Assembly: GCA_964501035.1 (NCBI GenBank) | Contig: CAZCRK010000001.1 | Coordinates: 62,001-100,514 of the forward strand | Direction: 5' to 3' | Length of the DNA stretch: 38,514 nt | Shown here: in pieces, positions 15,895 to 26,186 of the stretch | Numbering within the stretch: the first letter of the stretch is position 1 | How the letters are laid out: each line of letters opens with the position of its first letter | The notes under the pieces: model-generated | What the model was told of the DNA's origin: nothing | Database searches by the model: none | Seen by the model: only the letters and a program-made list of their open reading frames with translations | Made by a program: the position numbers and the translations under genes

Positions 15895-16795
15895 CTAATC
15901 CATTTTCAGTGTTTAATTCAAGCTCTTCAGCTGCCCATCGATTCATAGTGTTTTTATTTTTCCGGTATCTATAGTAATATCCAACCCCTAAAATTATAGG
16001 TGCCAATAAGAAAAGTAAATTGCCTGCTTTTAGAAGTATCATCCAACTGTAATTATTTTCAATAAAAATTTCATAATGCTCTTGAAAATCAAGTCGATTA
16101 TCACCCGTTACACGTTCCATTGCATCCCAAAATTGGCGACCAGAATTAATTTCCCGCAATATATGTTGGTGCACATCTGCTCCATAAAAGTAATCCATAG
16201 AAAGTACAGCTGCAGCTGATTGTGCATATGCTAACTGAATTTGATAGTTGGGTAATGATGAAATATATTTCAAACTAAGTAGTGGAATTAAATTGTTATT
16301 CCACAGATGTTTTGAAATGTTAATCCGTTGAACCAATGAGAATTCACCTGAATATTTCATAGCCAACCCTTCTTTATACCAACTCGGAACAGCAATATTA
16401 TTCATAATTCGAAACATTAAAATATGGTGTAACTCATGCACAATAACATCAAGCAATCTAGCATACGAAATTCGTGCCATTTTTGGAGATTTTATCACCA
16501 TTCTATCAGGATTACGCTTCGCTACTGCAATACCCCATTCAGGGACATATCCTTTAACTTGTTTCCGATATTCATCCATGTTTTCTGTGATGAACACATA
16601 AAAAGGTCGTTTTTCTATGGTACCAAATTCTTGTTCAAATTGATTTGCTTTTTCTATTATGAGGTCTTGAATTTCTTGTAAATTGGCAATTTCTCCACCA
16701 TAAATTTCAAGAGTACATTTGCCCATTTCAGTATCAAAAACTTGCGATATAGCTATTGATAAAAATATGGTTAAAATGATAAAAATGTTTTTCAT
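15884..16795 (-). CDS. Peptidase MA-like (gluzincin) membrane-anchored protein
   Basis: HELHH...PSWYKEGLA...AYAQS; signal peptide and C-terminal TM helix. Confidence 0.8.
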   Translation of the reverse strand: MKNIFIILTIFLSIAISQVFDTEMGKCTLEIYGGEIANLQEIQDLIIEKANQFEQEFGTIEKRPFYVFITENMDEYRKQVKGYVPEWGIAVAKRNPDRMVIKSPKMARISYARLLDVIVHELHHILMFRIMNNIAVPSWYKEGLAMKYSGEFSLVQRINISKHLWNNNLIPLLSLKYISSLPNYQIQLAYAQSAAAVLSMDYFYGADVHQHILREINSGRQFWDAMERVTGDNRLDFQEHYEIFIENNYSWMILLKAGNLLFLLAPIILGVGYYYRYRKNKNTMNRWAAEELELNTENGLDED

Positions 16796-19002
16796 AACAT
16801 TGATATTGGATCAACATCAATAGTAATTCGAACACCTTTATAAGGTCGTTCAAACAACTGATATCCAAGTTCTTTTTCAATGGTTTTATGCACATGTGTT
16901 TCATGTGATTTAATGATAATATGACTTCTCCATTGCTCTTGAATGCGTTCTATTGGTGCGGGTGAAGGACCCAAAACGGTATGGTGTTTAGATTTTTTCA
17001 TTCGGTTTGCAATGTGGGAAGCAATACTATTTACTGTCGATTTATCTTTTCCGGTGCATAAAATACGAGTTAATCGTGAAAATGGGGGGTAGTGTAATTC
17101 TTGTCGTTGTGCAAGGGCAATATTATAAAATTTTGCATTATCTAATCGCGATGCTACATGAATAAATGCATCATCTGGATTGTATGATTGAATTATTGCA
17201 CTTCCCGGTTTTTTATGGCGACCTGCTCGACCAGCTACTTGATAAATGAGTTGAAAAATGCGTTCTCCAGCTCTGAAATCTGGTAAAAATAATCCAATAT
17301 CTGCATTGATTATACCCACCAATGTTACATTTTCAAAATCAAGACCCTTTGCAATCATTTGCGTACCCAACAAGATATCTGCTTCATGGTTTTCAAATGC
17401 TTCTAGTATTCGTTGATGCGCACCACGTTTAGAGACAGTATCCATATCCATTCGCAGAATTCGAGCATTTGGAAACTCGCGTTGAACTTCATCCTCTACC
17501 TTTTGAGTTCCCGTTCCCAATAATTCCATCTCATCATGCTTACATTCTGGGCAAATTGGACTTGGCATTTCTTCGTGCTTACAGTAATGACATACCAATA
17601 AGTTTGTGTATTTATGATAGGTCAACGAAACTGAACATTGATGACATTGTGCCACAAATCCACATTCTTTGCATTGGTGAATTACTGAAAATCCACGTCT
17701 GTTTTGGAGTAAAATAATTTGTTCTTTTTTACTCAAACAGGATTGAATTGCTTCTGTTAGTTTTGTGCTAAATAAATGGCCAATATTTCCAGTTTCTTTA
17801 CCTTCTCGCATCATGTCTACAAGGTCAACTGTCGGATATTGCGCATCCCCGAATCGTTTGGTTAAATCCAATCGAGTTAACTTGCCTTGAATTGCATTAT
17901 AATATGATTCCAAACTGGGAGTTGCACTTGTTAACAAGACACTTGCATTGGCATGTTTGCCTCGAATCAATGCAACATTTCGAGCATGATACCGTGGTGC
18001 AGGAGCTTCCTGCTTATAGGTTGTTTCTTGCTCTTCATCCACAATAATTAACCCAAGATTGTTAAGTGGTGCAAATACTGCTGACCGTGCGCCAACCACC
18101 ACTTTGTATTTCCCTTTTTTAAGTTGTTGCCAGGTCCAACCTTTCTCTGCTTTGGTCATTTTGCTATGCCAAAGTGCAACTTTTTCACCAAATGCATTTC
18201 GGAATCGTTTTGCAACTTGAGGTGTTAACGCAATTTCGGGGACAAGTACTAACACAGTTTTATCATGTTTGACAGCATCTTGTGCTAGTTTCAAATATAC
18301 TTCAGTTTTACCAGAACCTGTAACTCCCCGAAGTAAAAATGGTGCAAATTTATCCTTGTTCATAGATTTGGAAATTGTGGAGTAAACCTTATTTTGATCT
18401 TTAGTTAAGGTAATTACTCCAGGTAAACCAGGTGCCATTAAATCAAAGGGATCATATATTTTGGGTAGCATAACTATATCTACGAACCCTTTTTTGGATA
18501 ATGCATTACATATTGCCTGTGGAGAAGAAACTATATCCATTAACCCAGCAACTTTTATGGGTTCATTTAGTAACGCAAGAGCTTCCAACACATTTTTTTG
18601 CGCAGGGGCTGATTTTCCCCACTTTTTTAATGCTTCATACCCGTTTGCATTTATTGAAACAAATTGAATTCGTTTGGGAGAATATGGCTCTGTAAAACTT
18701 AAGGGTAACGCAGTTTTAAGGACTTGCCCAAATGGAGTGATATAATATTTTGATATCCATTTTAGAGTATTCCATAATTCAGGTTGAAAATGATAATTGT
18801 CTTCATGAATTGAAGAAAGTGGTAATATTTTTCCCTTAAAATCAACGGCTTCAGATATGGAAACAACAAATCCGATTTGTTTACGTTTGTTTAATGGTGC
18901 AGTTATGCACGTTCCAGGTATTACATTGTTTATTAACTCTTTTGGAATTTCATACGAAAAAGTTTGAAAACTAGAAATTGGAAAAGTAACCTGGGCAAAC
19001 AT
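16792..19002 (-). CDS. priA: Primosomal protein N' (replication restart helicase)
   Basis: GVTGSGKTEVY, VPEIALTPQ, DEEQE, four CxxC motifs, GTQMIAKGLDF, QVAGRAGR. Confidence 0.98.
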   Translation of the reverse strand: MFAQVTFPISSFQTFSYEIPKELINNVIPGTCITAPLNKRKQIGFVVSISEAVDFKGKILPLSSIHEDNYHFQPELWNTLKWISKYYITPFGQVLKTALPLSFTEPYSPKRIQFVSINANGYEALKKWGKSAPAQKNVLEALALLNEPIKVAGLMDIVSSPQAICNALSKKGFVDIVMLPKIYDPFDLMAPGLPGVITLTKDQNKVYSTISKSMNKDKFAPFLLRGVTGSGKTEVYLKLAQDAVKHDKTVLVLVPEIALTPQVAKRFRNAFGEKVALWHSKMTKAEKGWTWQQLKKGKYKVVVGARSAVFAPLNNLGLIIVDEEQETTYKQEAPAPRYHARNVALIRGKHANASVLLTSATPSLESYYNAIQGKLTRLDLTKRFGDAQYPTVDLVDMMREGKETGNIGHLFSTKLTEAIQSCLSKKEQIILLQNRRGFSVIHQCKECGFVAQCHQCSVSLTYHKYTNLLVCHYCKHEEMPSPICPECKHDEMELLGTGTQKVEDEVQREFPNARILRMDMDTVSKRGAHQRILEAFENHEADILLGTQMIAKGLDFENVTLVGIINADIGLFLPDFRAGERIFQLIYQVAGRAGRHKKPGSAIIQSYNPDDAFIHVASRLDNAKFYNIALAQRQELHYPPFSRLTRILCTGKDKSTVNSIASHIANRMKKSKHHTVLGPSPAPIERIQEQWRSHIIIKSHETHVHKTIEKELGYQLFERPYKGVRITIDVDPISML

Positions 19003-19040
19003 GGGGTAATTTAAGTGAGATTTTTAATAAAATTTTAAAC

Positions 19041-19487
19041 CTATGATATATGTTTTTCAATTGCCAAGTTAGCAAGCTCATCTGCCCGTTCATTTTCAGG
19101 ATGTCCAGTATGTCCTCGCACCCACTCCCAACTCACAGAATGTTTTTGAACTAGTGCATCGAGTTCTATCCATAATTCCTTATTTTTAACAGGTTTTCGG
19201 TTGGCAGTTTTCCACCCTTTTTGTTTCCAGTTATGTATCCATTTTGTGATACCATTTTTCACATATTGTGAATCGGTAGTTATAATGAGTGTACATGGCC
19301 GACTTAGAGATTCCAATGCTTTTATGACCGCAGTTAACTCCATAATATTATTGGTTGTATTGCTTAAATAACCGTTTAATTCTTTTTCAGATTTACCATA
19401 ACGCAAAATAGCACCCCACCCTCCCGGACCAGGATTCCCTTTGCATGCGCCATCGGTGTAGATATATACAGTTTTATCATTTGTCAT
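19041..19487 (-). CDS. rnhA: Ribonuclease HI
   Basis: [42 protein letters not shown]. Confidence 0.98.
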   Translation of the reverse strand: MTNDKTVYIYTDGACKGNPGPGGWGAILRYGKSEKELNGYLSNTTNNIMELTAVIKALESLSRPCTLIITTDSQYVKNGITKWIHNWKQKGWKTANRKPVKNKELWIELDALVQKHSVSWEWVRGHTGHPENERADELANLAIEKHIS

Positions 19488-19516
19488 AGGTTGAATAATA
19501 AGACAATTTTGAATAT

Positions 19517-19548
19517 AAAAAAAAGACCCAGATTTCTCTGGGTCTTTT
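19517..19548 (-). terminator. Intrinsic terminator after aceA
   Basis: AAAAGACCCAGA-tttc-TCTGGGTCTTTT with an 8-A run, giving a U tail on the minus strand. Confidence 0.88.
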
Positions 19549-19569
19549 CTAACAAGGAGAAAAACGAGG

Positions 19570-20859
19570 TTATGCTACTTTTGTAACAAATTGTTCTTCT
19601 TCGGTACTGCCTGCCATGGCAGTGGTTGAAGTTTGTCCTTGGGTCACTGTATTTTGCACGGCATCAAAATATCCTGTGCCAACAAAACCTTGATGCTTTG
19701 CAGCACGGAAACCATGCACTTCATTTGCAAATTCACGCTGTTGCATTTGAGAATATGCATACATTCCATTTTCTTTATATGCCTTGCTGAGTTCAAACAT
19801 ACCAAGATTTAAACTATGCCACCCAGCCAATGTGATAAATTGGTATTTGTACCCCATTGCATATAACTCTTCACGAAAATGTTTCATGGTTGCATCATCC
19901 AAATTTTCTTTCCAGTTAAAGGATGGTGAGCAATTATACGACAATAATTTTCCTGGGAATTGAGCATGTATTGCTTCTGCAAATCTGCGTGCTTCATCTA
20001 AGTTTGGTTTTGATGTTTCACACCATAATAAATCTGCATACGGAGCGTAAGACAATCCTCTATCAATTGCTTGATCGAGTCCATTATTTACATAATAGAA
20101 TCCTTCTTTAGATTTTTCACCGGTGATGAATTTTCTATCTCTTTCATCCACATCAGATGTCAACAAATTTGCTGCATTGGCATCGGTTCGTGCAATGATA
20201 AGGGTTGGTACGCCCATCACATCAGAGGCAAGTCGAGCCGCAACCAGTTTATTTACTGCTTCGGTTGTTGGAACAAGTACCTTTCCTCCCAAATGCCCAC
20301 ATTTTTTTGCTGACGACAATTGATCTTCCCAGTGTACACAAGATGCACCTGCTTTAATCATATGCTTCATTAATTCAAATGCATTAAGGTTACCACCAAA
20401 ACCCGCCTCTGCATCTGCAATTATTGGCACTATCCAATCGATAGCATCGTCATTATTCATCCAGTGAATTTCATCGGTTCGCTGTAGTGCATTATTCAAT
20501 TTTTCTACCATCTTTGGCACAGAGTCAACTGGGTATAAACTTTGATCAGGATACATTGTACCAGCTGAATTATTATCACCTGCAACTTGCCAACCAGAGC
20601 AATAAATTGCTTTTAGACCTGCTTGAACTTCTTGAATTGCTTGGTTGCCGGTAATTGCACCAAGAGCACATAACACCTCATCCGATTGAAGATGTTTCCA
20701 CATTTTTTCTGCACCTAATGTAGCAAGTGAGTATTCAATGTGTACGGATCCTCGTAATTTTACCACATCTTCAGATGAGTATGGTCGAGTAATTCCTTTC
20801 CACCGTGGATTTTCTTTCCAATCTTGTTCTAGGGTTTGCATTTGCTGTATTCTATTCAT
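19570..20859 (-). CDS. aceA: Isocitrate lyase
   Basis: [11 protein letters not shown] signature, [17 protein letters not shown]. Confidence 0.98.
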   Translation of the reverse strand: MNRIQQMQTLEQDWKENPRWKGITRPYSSEDVVKLRGSVHIEYSLATLGAEKMWKHLQSDEVLCALGAITGNQAIQEVQAGLKAIYCSGWQVAGDNNSAGTMYPDQSLYPVDSVPKMVEKLNNALQRTDEIHWMNNDDAIDWIVPIIADAEAGFGGNLNAFELMKHMIKAGASCVHWEDQLSSAKKCGHLGGKVLVPTTEAVNKLVAARLASDVMGVPTLIIARTDANAANLLTSDVDERDRKFITGEKSKEGFYYVNNGLDQAIDRGLSYAPYADLLWCETSKPNLDEARRFAEAIHAQFPGKLLSYNCSPSFNWKENLDDATMKHFREELYAMGYKYQFITLAGWHSLNLGMFELSKAYKENGMYAYSQMQQREFANEVHGFRAAKHQGFVGTGYFDAVQNTVTQGQTSTTAMAGSTEEEQFVTKVA

Positions 20860-20874
20860 TGTATCCTCCTTTTG

Positions 20875-22458
20875 TTATAAGTATTCATATGCTGGGATGG
20901 TTAGGAATTCATCAAATTCCTTGTTTTGAATCATTTTCGAAAATAGAGTGGTAGCTTGTGTAAACAAACCATCATTAAAACGTTTTTCACCTACCTCTGA
21001 TTGTATCTGCTCACACTCTTCTGCCAAATAGTTTTCATATAACTCGAATGTAATTTTTTCTCCGTTAGATAGAGTAGAACCATGTTGAATCCATTGCCAT
21101 ATTTGCGCTCGACTAATTTCAGCAGTTGCCGCATCTTCCATGAGGTTGTAGAGTGGCACGCAGCCATTGCCCTGAAGCCATGCTTCAATATACTGAATTC
21201 CTACACGAATATTCGCTCGAAAACCATTTTCAGTAATTTCCCCTGAAGGCACTGCAAGTAAATCGTCGCCACTCACAACAACATTGTCACGTTCATTCTC
21301 AATCTGATTTGCATTTGGCATACAAGCATCAAATGCATTTAATGCAATAGGAGCTAATCCTGGATGGGCAATCCATGTACCATCATGTCCCGCTTTGGCT
21401 TCACGTTCTTTATCTTGCCGAACTTTTTCCATCGCTAAATGGTTAGCTTTTTCATTGTCTTTAATAGGAATTTGTGCTGCCATTCCACCCATAGCATGTG
21501 CACCCCGTTTATGACAGGTTTGAATTAATAAGTTCACATACGATTTTAAGAAATGAACATCCATCGTGACCTGTCCGCGATCGGGCAGAGTAAATGAAGC
21601 ATGATTTCTAAATTTTTTGATGAAGCTAAAAATATAATCCCATCGCCCACAGTTTAATCCAGCAGAATGTTCTTTGAGTTCAAATAAGATTTCATCCATT
21701 TCAAATGCTGCCAAAATGGTTTCTATTAAAACGGTTGCCTTAATCGTACCCTGCGGAACGCCTAAAGTATCTTGTGCAAAGATGAAAACATCATTCCACA
21801 AACGAGCCTCAAGATGACTTTCTAATTTTGGCAAGTAAAAGTAGGGTCCAGATCCTTTTTGAATAAGTGTTTTAGCATTATGAAAAAAGAATAATCCAAA
21901 ATCAACTAGCGATGCTGAGAGCGATTGGTTGCCATCCCATAAATGTTTTTCTTCTAAATGCCAACCACGTGGTCGTACCATTAAGGTTGCAGTTTCACGA
22001 TTTAAACAATAATGTTTTCCAGTAATATGATTTGTGAATGATATAGTTTTGTTTACAGCATCACGTAAGTTAATCTGTCCATTTATTGTGTTTTCCCATG
22101 TGGGGGAGTTTGAATCTTCAAAATCTGCCATAAACACTTTAACACCACTATTCAATGCATTGATTATCATTTTTCTATCAACCGGACCTGTAATTTCAAC
22201 ACGCCTATCTTGCAAGTCTCCAAGCACAGGATTTACTTTCCAATCACCATTTCGAACGGGTGCAGTAGATTCTAAAAATGTTGGGAGTTCACCATTATCA
22301 ATATTGTGTTGTTTTTCAATTCGTTGACTTAATAATTCTAATCGTCGTGCATTAAATCTGTCATGCAATTGAAAAACAAAGCTCAACGCATCATCTGTTA
22401 AGATTGTGTTGAAAGCTTCATTGGTATTGCCTTTTATTTGATAAGCAGTTTCTAACAT
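20875..22458 (-). CDS. aceB: Malate synthase A
   Basis: DRRVEITGP, FMADFEDS, GLNCGRWDYIFS, LMEDAATAEISR; 527 aa. Confidence 0.97.
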   Translation of the reverse strand: MLETAYQIKGNTNEAFNTILTDDALSFVFQLHDRFNARRLELLSQRIEKQHNIDNGELPTFLESTAPVRNGDWKVNPVLGDLQDRRVEITGPVDRKMIINALNSGVKVFMADFEDSNSPTWENTINGQINLRDAVNKTISFTNHITGKHYCLNRETATLMVRPRGWHLEEKHLWDGNQSLSASLVDFGLFFFHNAKTLIQKGSGPYFYLPKLESHLEARLWNDVFIFAQDTLGVPQGTIKATVLIETILAAFEMDEILFELKEHSAGLNCGRWDYIFSFIKKFRNHASFTLPDRGQVTMDVHFLKSYVNLLIQTCHKRGAHAMGGMAAQIPIKDNEKANHLAMEKVRQDKEREAKAGHDGTWIAHPGLAPIALNAFDACMPNANQIENERDNVVVSGDDLLAVPSGEITENGFRANIRVGIQYIEAWLQGNGCVPLYNLMEDAATAEISRAQIWQWIQHGSTLSNGEKITFELYENYLAEECEQIQSEVGEKRFNDGLFTQATTLFSKMIQNKEFDEFLTIPAYEYL

Positions 22459-22517
22459 TATTCCCTATTTGTTAAGTAATGTGGTTAATTTCTACAAAAA
22501 AGTACTGTGAGTATATT

Positions 22518-22570
22518 GTAAAATTATAGTAAATTTTACAGTTAAAATTTTACAGTGTAAATTTTACAGT
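22518..22570. promoter_or_regulatory. Repeated operator-like sites in the aceB/regulator divergent region
   Basis: AAATTTTACAGT exact at 22531, 22545 and 22559 (14-bp period); contains the palindrome TGTAAA-t-TTTACA. Confidence 0.75.
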
Positions 22571-22574
22571 TAGT

Positions 22575-24146
22575 ATGACAAATCAAACAGGACTTATACG
22601 TAAAGCCCATTTTTTGGGGACAAAAATTCGCAGTTTGCGAAAAAATTTAGGGATGACACTTGAAGATTTATCGGTTCGATGTGTACAAATAGATTCTAAC
22701 CATGCTCCTTCAGTTTCTTATATTAGTTTAATTGAAACCGGTCGGAGAATACCTTCACGAGAATTGCTTGCAGTGTTGGCGCAGGTATTTCAAAAAGATT
22801 TACAATATTTTTTAGATGAGAACATTGCAGTTCCATCAACCTCAATGCAGGAAGCAGACCGTCGCGTAGAAATTATGTCGCTAGAACCTAGTTTTTTATT
22901 TTCAAAAGATTTATTGGAAACCACATTGCCGGCTGTGTTAGCACAAACAGGTACTACCGGCAGACAGTTTGCTCATATTTTAATTCGTGCGTATCAAGAA
23001 AAACATCAAAATCAATTTCCAGATATTGAACGAACTGCTGAAACTATTGGAAAGAAAAAATTCCCATTATCCGTAGAAAATTTATTAGACCTGTATAAAA
23101 AAAATGACTTAAAAATTAAATGGTTTGACCATCCATTATTTACAACTCGAGATGATGCAGGACGAGATATAAAATCATTTTTCAGGTCTTTTTATGACGC
23201 ACCAAATACGGTTTACATTAATGAGCAATTGAAAAATCAACCTGCACGATTGAAATATGACTTAGCATCTTTATTAGGTCATAAAATACTCCATAATGGA
23301 GATGGATTAATTTCAAGCAATGCAACTGGAGGTGAACTCGGAGGTTCACCAAGACCCGAGGAGAGTAAAACTGAAAAGGTAAATCAAGAAGATATATTAT
23401 ATGCCTGGAGAGATTTTGAATCTTCGTTTTTTGCTGGTGCTTTATTATGCCCCAAACTCCCTTTTCGACACTTTCTATATCGAGAATCATACAACCTTGA
23501 TTTTTGTCAACGCTTACAACTTTCTCCTGCTGTAGCGTTGCGACGAATGACAGCGGTTTCTACATACAAACATTGGCATTATTTTGATGCATATCCACCG
23601 GGATATTTACGTGCAGTGTATCGTGGAAATGGTATCCCCACTCCATGGGGGAATATGCGATTGGTTACAGACCCATGTAAACAATGGAATGTGTTTAAGG
23701 CAATCAATCAAACTCGTATAAAGAAACCATTGCATCAACTTTCATTAATGGTCGATGAAGAAACTTTGCGGTTGTACTCATCGATATCAATTCGCACCAA
23801 AGATGCAGCAGATAACCCACATGTCATTTCTGCTGGTGTTGACCTAGCTCCAGCAATGGATTCTCAAGGATTAGATTCAAAATCTATCTTATCTGATATG
23901 TACACACTTTGTATGCAAGAGAATGGTGACCGCGTGTTGAATGAAGTATTATCATCCGAAATTAAAAAAATAGCAAATGTTCTGAATATTCATTGGATTC
24001 ATGAAGCATTAAAAAACCCTGTGAGCATTATTTGTCCACGAAGCACAAACTGCCCAAGGTCTCATCATTGCGAAGCTACTCCGCAAAAGAAGAAAAGATT
24101 GTTATGGACAAATGAAATTAAAGATGAAATTTTAAAGAAAGCGTAA
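22575..24146 (+). CDS. XRE-HTH transcriptional regulator, DUF3612/RamB-ScfR-like, probable aceBA regulator
   Basis: N-terminal HTH (GTKIRSLRK...SYISLIETGRR), FFAGALLCP, C-terminal CPRSTNCPRSHHC; divergent from aceBA. Confidence 0.8.
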   Translation: MTNQTGLIRKAHFLGTKIRSLRKNLGMTLEDLSVRCVQIDSNHAPSVSYISLIETGRRIPSRELLAVLAQVFQKDLQYFLDENIAVPSTSMQEADRRVEIMSLEPSFLFSKDLLETTLPAVLAQTGTTGRQFAHILIRAYQEKHQNQFPDIERTAETIGKKKFPLSVENLLDLYKKNDLKIKWFDHPLFTTRDDAGRDIKSFFRSFYDAPNTVYINEQLKNQPARLKYDLASLLGHKILHNGDGLISSNATGGELGGSPRPEESKTEKVNQEDILYAWRDFESSFFAGALLCPKLPFRHFLYRESYNLDFCQRLQLSPAVALRRMTAVSTYKHWHYFDAYPPGYLRAVYRGNGIPTPWGNMRLVTDPCKQWNVFKAINQTRIKKPLHQLSLMVDEETLRLYSSISIRTKDAADNPHVISAGVDLAPAMDSQGLDSKSILSDMYTLCMQENGDRVLNEVLSSEIKKIANVLNIHWIHEALKNPVSIICPRSTNCPRSHHCEATPQKKKRLLWTNEIKDEILKKA

Positions 24147-25256
24147 ATGAATAAACTAAAAAATATTAATGAAGTGTTATTAATGGGTCCTGGTCCATCT
24201 TGCGTTTCAAATTCGGTGTACAATGCACTAAGTACACAAACCATTGGGCATTTGGATCCATCATTCATTGAGCTCATGGACGATATAAAAGGTTATTTGC
24301 AAACATTACTGAACACAAAAAATGAATTAACAGTACCCATTTCAGGAACTGGCTCTGCAGGAATGGAAACCTGTTTTGTTAATCTAGTGGAAAAAAATGA
24401 TAGTGTTTTAGTATTAATAAATGGTGTTTTTGGTGTGAGAATGGCTGATGTTGCTCAGCGATTGGGTGCAGATGTTGATACATTAGAATTTGAATGGGGA
24501 ACACCTGTTATTGTAGAGATTGTTCAGCAAAAATTGAATGAAAAACAGTATGATTTTGTTGCAGTAGTACATGCTGAAACATCCACAGGGGTACTAAACC
24601 CAGTTGCAGAATTAGGGAAACTCATAGCAGATTCTGACACATTATATTTAGTTGATTGTGTTACGAGTTTAGGAGGTATGCCTGTTAAAATGGATACATG
24701 GTCAATTGATGCGCTGTACAGTGGAACACAAAAATGCTTATCAGTACCTCCAGGATTAGCACCCATTTCTTTTTCCAATAAAGCCGTTGAAAAATTAAGT
24801 AACAGAAAGTCAAAAGTACCAAATTGGTATTTAGATGTAAGCATGATTGCGAATTATTGGAGTGGACAAACTCGTGTTTATCACCACACCGCGCCTATAA
24901 ATATGAATTATGCATTGTATCAATCACTCTTTGATATTTTTGAAGAAGGGATAAAGTCCGTTTTTCAACGCCATGCAGATGCACATAATCAATTAGTTAA
25001 GGGCTTAGAATCTTTGGATTTACATATGTTGGTTGAGCAATTTGCTCGGTTACCAATGTTAAATGCAGTTGTAATTCCAGATGGAGTGGATGATGCAAAA
25101 TTCCGATCTAATTTACTTAAGAAACATAATATTGAAATTGGAGGTGGGCTTGGACCTCTAGCTGGTAAAATTTGGAGAATAGGTCTTATGGGACATACTG
25201 CTTACCCTCACAATGTTGAAAAAGTACTGGAAAGTATTTCCCTAGAGTTACCTTAA
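24147..25256 (+). CDS. Alanine-glyoxylate / serine-pyruvate aminotransferase (class V PLP)
   Basis: LLMGPGPS, VHAETSTG, DCVTSLGG, SGTQKCL, YHHTAP, WRIGLMG. Confidence 0.92.
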   Translation: MNKLKNINEVLLMGPGPSCVSNSVYNALSTQTIGHLDPSFIELMDDIKGYLQTLLNTKNELTVPISGTGSAGMETCFVNLVEKNDSVLVLINGVFGVRMADVAQRLGADVDTLEFEWGTPVIVEIVQQKLNEKQYDFVAVVHAETSTGVLNPVAELGKLIADSDTLYLVDCVTSLGGMPVKMDTWSIDALYSGTQKCLSVPPGLAPISFSNKAVEKLSNRKSKVPNWYLDVSMIANYWSGQTRVYHHTAPINMNYALYQSLFDIFEEGIKSVFQRHADAHNQLVKGLESLDLHMLVEQFARLPMLNAVVIPDGVDDAKFRSNLLKKHNIEIGGGLGPLAGKIWRIGLMGHTAYPHNVEKVLESISLELP

Positions 25257-25768
25257 ACAATTCCAAATGCGGGATGATACTTTATGATTCCAGTACTACC
25301 CATTAAAATATTAGGAATACATTCGAATATCATAAATACGTCATCTGGAACATTATATTCTGACTTTATCTTGTAATGAACTGAGGGTGTAAATCCAAAT
25401 TTGGGATAAAAATTTGGATGACCGAGCACAACTACTGCATCTACATTTTCCTGTTTACATTTGATTAATCCATTTGTTACCAATTCAGCACCTACGCCTT
25501 GATTTTGAAATTGGTTAAGTACTGCCATCGGTCCCAATCCCATTAAATGTAGATTCTTTCCATTTTCAAGTGTAACCGGTGTGAACAAAATATGTCCAAT
25601 AGTATGATTTTCTCTTTCAGCAACTAGAGATATAAATGGGTTTGCACTTATTCGTAAAGATTCAACTAAATCTGCTTCTGCTTGAGTTGGAAAAGCATCA
25701 ATATTTACGTGCCGAATACATTCAAAATCTGCTGAGTTTTCTTCTCGAATTATGAGTGAATTATTCAC
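25253..25768 (-). CDS. GNAT acetyltransferase (YhbS-like)
   Basis: GHILFTPV, LGPMAV..FQNQGVG, VLGHPNFYPKFGF. Confidence 0.9.
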   Translation of the reverse strand: MNNSLIIREENSADFECIRHVNIDAFPTQAEADLVESLRISANPFISLVAERENHTIGHILFTPVTLENGKNLHLMGLGPMAVLNQFQNQGVGAELVTNGLIKCKQENVDAVVVLGHPNFYPKFGFTPSVHYKIKSEYNVPDDVFMIFECIPNILMGSTGIIKYHPAFGIV

Positions 25769-26168
25769 CTTTACAACATTTGCATCCGATATAAGAATCT
25801 ATACTGTACTTTCCACCACCCATTAGTATGAATGATATGAAAATTATGAGAGATTCTATTGCGTGCATTGGACTCCCTTGGGCAGATGAAATATGAAATG
25901 TGATGGCCCCGACCATAGTAAGTGCAAGCAGAGTTGAAGCTGTTCGAGTACATGCTCCCAAAGCCAACATCAAACCACCAATGCCTTCAGAAAATGCTGC
26001 CATGAATCCCCAAAATGCTGGCAAAAATGAAAATCCAACCATATTGCCTAGCCCTGTCCATTTTTCTACTCCACCCAATAGTTTGGGATATCCATGCATG
26101 ATGAAAATAATCCCAAATCCAACTCGTAGTAGTAAAATTCCTGTATCTTTGTTAAGTATTTGTTTCAT
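25761..26168 (-). CDS. DoxX-family membrane protein
   Basis: LLLRVGFG..F..HGYPKL, E..GG, GGGKYSID. Confidence 0.9.
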   Translation of the reverse strand: MKQILNKDTGILLLRVGFGIIFIMHGYPKLLGGVEKWTGLGNMVGFSFLPAFWGFMAAFSEGIGGLMLALGACTRTASTLLALTMVGAITFHISSAQGSPMHAIESLIIFISFILMGGGKYSIDSYIGCKCCKGE

Positions 26169-26186
26169 TGTTTCCCCTTTGTTGTT

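Noticed and set aside
22518..22570. Mini-CRISPR array, iterons or DnaA boxes
   Set aside because: 12-bp units with 2-nt gaps, no spacers, no cas or rep gene, no TTATCCACA; the position fits an operator.
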